A stretch of 64,000 bases of DNA from Bacillota bacterium (GTDB lineage: Bacteria > Bacillota > Clostridia > Peptostreptococcales > Acidaminobacteraceae). The translations under genes were made by a program, and so were the position numbers. Of the stretch, positions 58,610 through 64,000 are shown piece after piece (position 1 is the stretch's first letter; every line of letters begins with the position of its first letter). The notes under the pieces were generated by a model. The model was not told the DNA's origin, made no database searches, and saw only the letters and a program-made list of their open reading frames with translations. Location: positions 38,790 to 102,789 of the forward strand of contig JAUMXH010000005.1 of assembly GCA_030529225.1 (NCBI GenBank). The letters run 5' to 3'.

Positions 58610-60064
58610 TTACTTCTTGTTAAAATCAAACTTTCGAATCATCTCGCTCTTCGTCTTCCACAGCTCACAACTCAAGTCCACTACATATTTATGCGGCTTG
58701 TCAAAGCGCTTGACCTCATCCCAGAGGTAGTCCAGGCCCTTGGAACAGTTCTCTCTGATCTCGCTGAGAGTCGGCATCTCATAGACCAGTTTTCCGCCGT
58801 CAAAGATGCGCTTTAGCATAGGGACCACGTCAAAGTTTGACACCGTCTTGGTCTTCCAGGTATCGATCGGGTCAAAGAGTTCAATCTTGGAGCTCCCGTC
58901 AATCTTTTCATCATGGAAGCTGACCAAATCGGCCATCGCCTTGCCGGACTCTTTGTCAAAAAGCCTCCAAAGCTGCTTGAATCCCGGGGTCGTAATCTTG
59001 GTGAAGGTCTCGGAAATCTTGATTTTGTTGATAATCTCACCGTCTTTCTCGACCGCGACCAGCTTGTAGACCCCGCCGAAGACCGGCTGGCTCTTGGCGG
59101 TGACGAGTCTCTCGCCCACGCCGAAGGAATCGATCTTGGCACCCTGCAATAAAAGGTTGCGAATCACGAGTTCATCCAGAGAGTTGGATACCACGATCGG
59201 ACAGTCCTCGTAGCCCGCTTCGTCCAAAATCTTTCTGACTTTTTTGGTGATGTAGGCAATGTCACCGCTGTCCACCCTGACTCCGGTAGGACGCTTACCC
59301 ATCGGTGCGAGCACTTCGTCAAAGACCTTGATTGCATTCGGAAGGCCCGACTTAAACACGTCGTAGGTGTCTATCAAAAGGTTGCAGTTATTCGGATAGG
59401 ATTCCGCGTAGGCCTTAAACGCCTCGTACTCGTTCTCGAACATCTGCACCCAGCTGTGCGCCATGGTGCCCAGGGCCGGAATCCCGAACTCCTTCTCCGC
59501 CAAGAGGTTTGAGGTTCCGATACAGCCGCCGATGTAGGCGCTCCTCGCCCCCATCACCGAGGCGTCGACTCCCTGTGCCCTTCTCGCGCCGAACTCCATC
59601 ACGCTCCTGCCCTGCGCCGCACTGACGATCCTGCAAGCCTTGGTCGCAATCAAACTCTGGTGGTTGAAGAATAACAAAAGGGCGGTTTCTACAAGTTGAA
59701 CTTCAAAAACGCGCCCTCTAACAATCACGAGTGGTTCATTGGCAAATACGGGTGTCCCCTCCGGAATCGCCCACACATCCCCGGTAAATTTATAGTCACT
59801 GAGCTCCTTCAAAAATTCTTCCGAAAAGGTCTTCTTGTTTCTCAAAAGTTCGATTTCGTCTTCCGAAAATTCGAGTTCCAAAATATATTCCACAAAGGAT
59901 TCCAAGCCGCAGCAGATTGCGTACCCGCCCTCGTCCGGAATATTCCTGAAATAATATTCAAAGTAAGCGATTTGATTGTGCATCTTTTCATTCAGGTAGC
60001 CGTTCATCATCGTCAGTTCATAAAAATCCGTAAGCAAACTAAACTTGTCAACTCGATTATACAT
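58610..60064 (-). CDS. pncB: nicotinate phosphoribosyltransferase
   Basis: MYNRVDKFSLLTDFYELTMMNGY... is the NAPRTase family N-terminus; 484 aa. Confidence 0.85.
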   Translation of the reverse strand: MYNRVDKFSLLTDFYELTMMNGYLNEKMHNQIAYFEYYFRNIPDEGGYAICCGLESFVEYILELEFSEDEIELLRNKKTFSEEFLKELSDYKFTGDVWAIPEGTPVFANEPLVIVRGRVFEVQLVETALLLFFNHQSLIATKACRIVSAAQGRSVMEFGARRAQGVDASVMGARSAYIGGCIGTSNLLAEKEFGIPALGTMAHSWVQMFENEYEAFKAYAESYPNNCNLLIDTYDVFKSGLPNAIKVFDEVLAPMGKRPTGVRVDSGDIAYITKKVRKILDEAGYEDCPIVVSNSLDELVIRNLLLQGAKIDSFGVGERLVTAKSQPVFGGVYKLVAVEKDGEIINKIKISETFTKITTPGFKQLWRLFDKESGKAMADLVSFHDEKIDGSSKIELFDPIDTWKTKTVSNFDVVPMLKRIFDGGKLVYEMPTLSEIRENCSKGLDYLWDEVKRFDKPHKYVVDLSCELWKTKSEMIRKFDFNKK

Positions 60065-60067
60065 GTT

Positions 60068-60277
60068 TCACCTCTTCTTATTAAAACGTTCTCCTGATTG
60101 GTGTTTGACCCTTGAAATCATCCACAAAACCAAGCCGGCACCAATAAAAAACGAAGCCGAAAACAGCTTGGGAATAGAATTTCCCTTGACAAACACGGCT
60201 ATCAATAAGCCTATCAGAATGAAAACCAATCCTACTTTTTTCAGTTTTCTCAGCAATTCAATCAATGTTAACTCCAA
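60068..60277 (-). CDS. small two-TM membrane protein (69 aa), hypothetical
   Basis: The ORF stop lies 3 nt upstream of the pncB start; two hydrophobic helices; no motifs. Confidence 0.3.
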   Translation of the reverse strand: MELTLIELLRKLKKVGLVFILIGLLIAVFVKGNSIPKLFSASFFIGAGLVLWMISRVKHQSGERFNKKR

Positions 60278-60387
60278 GCTCTTTTTTCCAACCTATATTA
60301 AAGTGAATATAACAGATTGCCAAGCAAAAAGCCAGCAATGATATTTAATTAACCATTCGCGCAAGGCCCAAAAAATCTTACTAAATC

Positions 60388-60416
60388 TTTACATTTAGCC
60401 GTTTTAATGGTATTAT
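60388..60416 (+). promoter_or_regulatory. putative sigma-A promoter of the nrdR–der–gpsA operon
   Basis: TTTACA – 17 nt – TATTAT, about 25 nt upstream of GGAGG and the nrdR ATG. Confidence 0.4.
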
Positions 60417-60443
60417 TTGCGTAGTGATTAGAATCGGAGGAAA

Positions 60444-60914
60444 GTGATGAGATGTCCCTACTGCAAAGAAGAAAACTCAAAGGTTACAGACTCCAGGCCC
60501 ACCGATGACGGCTACGCGATCAGAAGACGCAGGGAATGTCTGTCTTGCGGAATGAGATTTACAACCTACGAAAACATAGAGCGCACGCCCCTGCTCATCA
60601 TCAAGAAGGACGGGTCGAGGCAGGAATACAATCGGGAAAAGATCCTGAGGGGAATCGTGAGGGCCTGTGAGGGCAGACCGATTTCCATCAAGCGAATGGA
60701 AGAGATCGTGGATACGATCGAGCACAATTTGAACAACACCATGCTCAAGGAAATCGAATCGGCGGCCATCGGAAACGAGATCATGGACCAGCTTAAGAAC
60801 ATAGACGAGGTGGCTTATGTAAGGTTTGCATCGGTATACAAAAACTTCAAGGATATTGATACCTTTATGCAGGAATTGCAAAAGCTGATGGAAGAAAAAA
60901 GGACGGATAAGTGA
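60444..60914 (+). CDS. nrdR: transcriptional repressor NrdR
   Basis: MRCPYCKEENSKVTDSRP...CLSCGMRFTTYE zinc ribbon plus an ATP-cone. Confidence 0.9.
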   Translation: MMRCPYCKEENSKVTDSRPTDDGYAIRRRRECLSCGMRFTTYENIERTPLLIIKKDGSRQEYNREKILRGIVRACEGRPISIKRMEEIVDTIEHNLNNTMLKEIESAAIGNEIMDQLKNIDEVAYVRFASVYKNFKDIDTFMQELQKLMEEKRTDK

Positions 60915-62233
60915 GACGAACAGTAGCAGTTGTTGGCAGACCGAATGTCGGTAAGTCAACATTTTTTAATAAGATAGCCGGAAGAAGGATTTCGATTGTG
61001 GACGATACTCCCGGCGTTACCAGAGACAGGATTTACGCGGATTGCGAGTGGCTGAACCACAAGTTCACGCTGATCGACACCGGCGGAATCGAGCCGGAGA
61101 CCAACGACGATATCCTGATGCAGATGCGCGAACAGGCGATGCTGGCGATCGACACGGCCGACGTCATCCTCTTTATGATTGACGGACGGGTGGATTTGAC
61201 CAACGCCGACTTGGAAATTGCCGAGATGCTCAGAAAGTCGAACACCCCGGTGATTGTGGTCTGCACCAAGCTCGACAGCTTCAAGCAGCCGGAGCATTTT
61301 TACAACTATTACGAGCTCGGCTTCGGCGACATCATGATGATTTCGGCCGTGAACATGATGGGACTCGGCGATTTGCTCGATTTGACCTGCTCTTATTTTA
61401 AGGACGAGGCGCAGGACGAGGCGGACGAAGAGGATGAAATCTGCAAGGTGGCGATCGTCGGGAAGCCGAATGCCGGAAAGAGTTCTCTGGTGAACAAGCT
61501 GCTGGGCGAGGAGCGAACCATCGTGAGCCCGGTGGCGGGCACTACCAGGGAAGCGATTGACGTCCCGTTCGAGCACGACGGAAATCGATACATCCTGATC
61601 GACACCGCCGGCATCCGCCGCAAGTCGAGGGTGAACCTGAACGTCGAGAAGTTCAGCGTGCTGCGCTCTTATGAATCGATTGAGCGCTGCGATGTCTGCG
61701 TGATCATGATCGACGCGGCGGAGGGCGTATCCGAGCAGGACAAGAAGATTGCAGGCTACGCGCACGAGGCCGGCAAGGCTTCCATCATCGCGGTGAACAA
61801 GTGGGACTTGATTGAGAAGGACAACAAGACCTTCAAAAAGTTTGAAACCATGGTCAGAAACGAACTCGCCTTCATGCAGTACGCGCCAATCCTCTTTATC
61901 TCGGTGCAGGACAAGATCCGCCTGGACAAGCTGATGCAGACCGTCGACTACGTGAATAACCAAGCCGCGATGCGGGTGCCGACAGGAACGCTCAACGATG
62001 TGATTTCGGATGCCATGCTGATGCACCAACCGCCTTCGGACAAGGGCAAGCGATTGAAATTGTACTACATGACACAGATCGGCGTGAAACCGCCTACCTT
62101 CGCACTGTTTTTGAACGACAAGGAGCTCGCCCACTTCAGCTACATGCGCTACATCGAAAACCAAATTCGCGCGAACTTCAACTTTGAGGGCACTCCAATC
62201 GTGATTGAATTAAGGGAGAAAAACAGAAATTGA
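60911..62233 (+). CDS. der: ribosome-biogenesis GTPase Der (EngA)
   Basis: Two G domains (GRPNVGKST and GKPNAGKSS) and a KH-like C-terminus; GTG start overlapping the nrdR stop. Confidence 0.9.
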   Translation: MRRTVAVVGRPNVGKSTFFNKIAGRRISIVDDTPGVTRDRIYADCEWLNHKFTLIDTGGIEPETNDDILMQMREQAMLAIDTADVILFMIDGRVDLTNADLEIAEMLRKSNTPVIVVCTKLDSFKQPEHFYNYYELGFGDIMMISAVNMMGLGDLLDLTCSYFKDEAQDEADEEDEICKVAIVGKPNAGKSSLVNKLLGEERTIVSPVAGTTREAIDVPFEHDGNRYILIDTAGIRRKSRVNLNVEKFSVLRSYESIERCDVCVIMIDAAEGVSEQDKKIAGYAHEAGKASIIAVNKWDLIEKDNKTFKKFETMVRNELAFMQYAPILFISVQDKIRLDKLMQTVDYVNNQAAMRVPTGTLNDVISDAMLMHQPPSDKGKRLKLYYMTQIGVKPPTFALFLNDKELAHFSYMRYIENQIRANFNFEGTPIVIELREKNRN

Positions 62234-63213
62234 AAATAGGAATCTTGGGAACCGGCACCTGGGCGATGGGCCTGGCGAGCATCCTGCTCGACAATCAGAA
62301 GAGCGTTATTATGTGGGGAAGAAGCAAGGAACAGGTCGAGTCTCTGCAAAAGACCGGCAAGAACTTTAAATATTCGCTACCGCGCAGCTTGGAAGGTGAC
62401 ATCACTTTCACGACCGAGCTCAAGGACCTGATTGCTGTCGATTACCTGGTGAACGCGATTCCCACGCAAAAAATCAGAGAGGTCTTTCAGCAGCTGAAAG
62501 GCCTGAGCAAGGACACTGTAATCGTGAACGCTTCAAAGGGCATAGAGGTCGATACCCTGGCCTTTGTCAGCCGGATTATCGCGGATTTTTACCCGGACAA
62601 CAAGTACGTGGTGCTTTCCGGCCCTTCGCACGCGGAAGAAGTCAGCAAGAAGATTCCGACCACCCTGGTCGCGAGCAGCGAGGATCGGGACCGGGCCGTT
62701 GCGGTCCGAGACCTCTTCTTCACCAACTATTGCAGGGTCTACACCAACGATGACTTAATCGGGGCGGAACTCGCAGGGGCCCTCAAGAATATCATCGCCC
62801 TGGCGGCCGGGATTTCCGACGGATTGGGCTTTGGAGACAATACCAAGGCCGCGCTGATGACTCGGGGAATGGCGGAAATCAAGCGTTTGGGCCTGAAGAT
62901 GGGCGCGCAGGCCGAGACCTTTGACGGGCTGACCGGAATCGGCGACCTGATTGTCACCTGCACGAGCCGGCACTCCAGAAACAGGCGCTGCGGGATTCTG
63001 ATCGGCGAAGGCCTAAGCCTGGAGGAAGCGAGCAAGCGAATCGGCATGGCGGTAGAAGGAGCCAGCACCGCAAAGGCAGCTTACGAATTGGCAAAGCAAC
63101 TGGACTGTGAGATGCCGATCGCCGAGAGCCTCTACAGGGTCCTCTACGAAAATCATGACCCGGTGGAGGCGGTGCAAGCCCTCATGGTTCGGGAACGAAA
63201 AGCGGAAAACTAA
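62230..63213 (+). CDS. gpsA: NAD(P)H-dependent glycerol-3-phosphate dehydrogenase
   Basis: (M)KIGILGTGTWAMGLA Rossmann N-terminus from a TTG start; family features throughout. Confidence 0.9.
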   Translation: MKIGILGTGTWAMGLASILLDNQKSVIMWGRSKEQVESLQKTGKNFKYSLPRSLEGDITFTTELKDLIAVDYLVNAIPTQKIREVFQQLKGLSKDTVIVNASKGIEVDTLAFVSRIIADFYPDNKYVVLSGPSHAEEVSKKIPTTLVASSEDRDRAVAVRDLFFTNYCRVYTNDDLIGAELAGALKNIIALAAGISDGLGFGDNTKAALMTRGMAEIKRLGLKMGAQAETFDGLTGIGDLIVTCTSRHSRNRRCGILIGEGLSLEEASKRIGMAVEGASTAKAAYELAKQLDCEMPIAESLYRVLYENHDPVEAVQALMVRERKAEN

Positions 63214-63230
63214 GGACGGTTGAAATCGCG

Positions 63231-64000
63231 ATGAGAAGAAGGTTTAAATATGGCAAGCTCATCAAGTGGATTCTGATCTTACTGGTCATAGGAGCGCTTG
63301 GTTCGTTTGCTTACAAGAGTTATAAAAACATGGGAGAAAGGTGGGTCGGCGTGGAATCCGGCTTCATTTCGATCAGCTCCAATCACAGGGGTCTCATCAT
63401 CACCGATGAGATTGTTTACCGAACCCTGAATGCGGGCCAGCTTGAGAACACCGAAAACGAGGGCGCAAGAATCAAAAAATCGCAGGTGATCGGAACCTTT
63501 GTCACCGGCGGCGCGGCCGGAGAGTCTCAGTTGCCGGCTCCCGCGACAAACGAAGAAGAGAACGCTGCCCTGCTGAATGAAGAGGACGGCAAGGACGTAT
63601 CGATCGATAAAAATCAAGTGAAGCTGGATGCGGACAATCTGTACGCGGAACTCAAAAGCAAGCTGAAAAATCGGGAAAACAAGGAAGCGAAAGAGATTAA
63701 GAGAAAGCTCGTCTACACCTTGGAGCACTTGAACAAGCTCGGCAAAAAAACCTACACCGCAAACGCGAACTTCAACGAGAACGAAAAATTCATCGGTTTT
63801 AAGGATGCCCTCACCGAGCAAAGTTTCAACATCATCTCGACCGAGTCGGGCGTCGTGTCCTACTTCATCGACGATTTGACCGGAAAGCTGAAATACGAGG
63901 ACCGCTACAATCTGAATTATGAGAAGCTCCTGAACGACAAGCACGACTTTGTCAACAACATCAACCGCAAGGTGAACCGCAACGACAAACTCTTAAAAAT
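63231..64000 (+). CDS. hypothetical membrane-anchored protein with K/E-rich coiled coil (possibly HlyD-like); partial, continues beyond window end
   Basis: ATG at 63231 gives MRRRFKYGKLIKWILILLVIGALGSFAY... with no stop before the window end. Not on the ORF track, presumably because the ORF is open at the window end; the track's 63279..63944 minus ORF is its antisense shadow. Confidence 0.5.
   Translation, partial: MRRRFKYGKLIKWILILLVIGALGSFAYKSYKNMGERWVGVESGFISISSNHRGLIITDEIVYRTLNAGQLENTENEGARIKKSQVIGTFVTGGAAGESQLPAPATNEEENAALLNEEDGKDVSIDKNQVKLDADNLYAELKSKLKNRENKEAKEIKRKLVYTLEHLNKLGKKTYTANANFNENEKFIGFKDALTEQSFNIISTESGVVSYFIDDLTGKLKYEDRYNLNYEKLLNDKHDFVNNINRKVNRNDKLLK

Noticed and set aside
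60956-62164. 402-aa minus-strand ORF
   Set aside because: Antisense to der, which has two canonical G domains on the plus strand.
63279-63944. 221-aa minus-strand ORF at the window end
   Set aside because: Antisense to a plus-strand ORF that starts at 63231 directly after gpsA and has a TM helix and coiled coil. The minus-strand translation is a repetitive L/V/Q shadow.

Overview
This 64-kb window reads as a mostly core chromosomal segment of a Firmicutes/Clostridia-type anaerobe of moderate GC content, with dense coding and most genes on the minus strand. The order of part of it (mfd, a MOP flippase, hup, an S4 protein, divIC-like) resembles the Bacillus mfd–yabM–yabO–divIC neighbourhood, but the sporulation-linked neighbours are not seen here.

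From the left, the window holds:
- a branched-chain 2-oxoacid:ferredoxin oxidoreductase, a P-loop ATPase, butyrate kinase and phosphate butyryltransferase (a fermentative acid-kinase operon);
- a phospholipid cluster of psd, pssA and a flippase-like membrane protein;
- cdaA and cdaR (c-di-AMP synthesis), then prs and a GlmU-like acetyltransferase with no recognisable uridyltransferase domain;
- a division and housekeeping block (ftsB/divIC-like, an S4 protein, HU, a MOP flippase, a PrsA-like lipoprotein, mfd, pth, trmK, rpoD, dnaG), followed by PPDK with its regulatory protein;
- divergent singletons: a polysaccharide deacetylase, nnr and an M3 oligoendopeptidase;
- a 1234-aa SLH-anchored surface protein with a VWA domain;
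- miaA, mutL, mutS and miaB;
- a complete Gram-positive type IV pilus locus: pilD, pilB, pilT, pilC, two major pilins, a PilX-like protein, a VWA-module pilin and a 600-aa pilin-like protein;
- a GS-III-like glutamine synthetase, a membrane GGDEF cyclase, and a six-tRNA cluster;
- rsmF, pncB, nrdR, der and gpsA.

The most unusual feature is at the tRNA cluster. Two tRNA-Arg genes are each followed by a related non-coding element of about 140 nt that ends in an exact 20-nt copy of the 3' end of the adjacent tRNA. One of these is a 2.2-copy tandem array. This looks like the footprint of small non-autonomous elements, or of serial site-specific insertions, targeting tRNA 3' ends.

All protein assignments come from motif and family recognition by eye on the translated ORFs. 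No database search was run.
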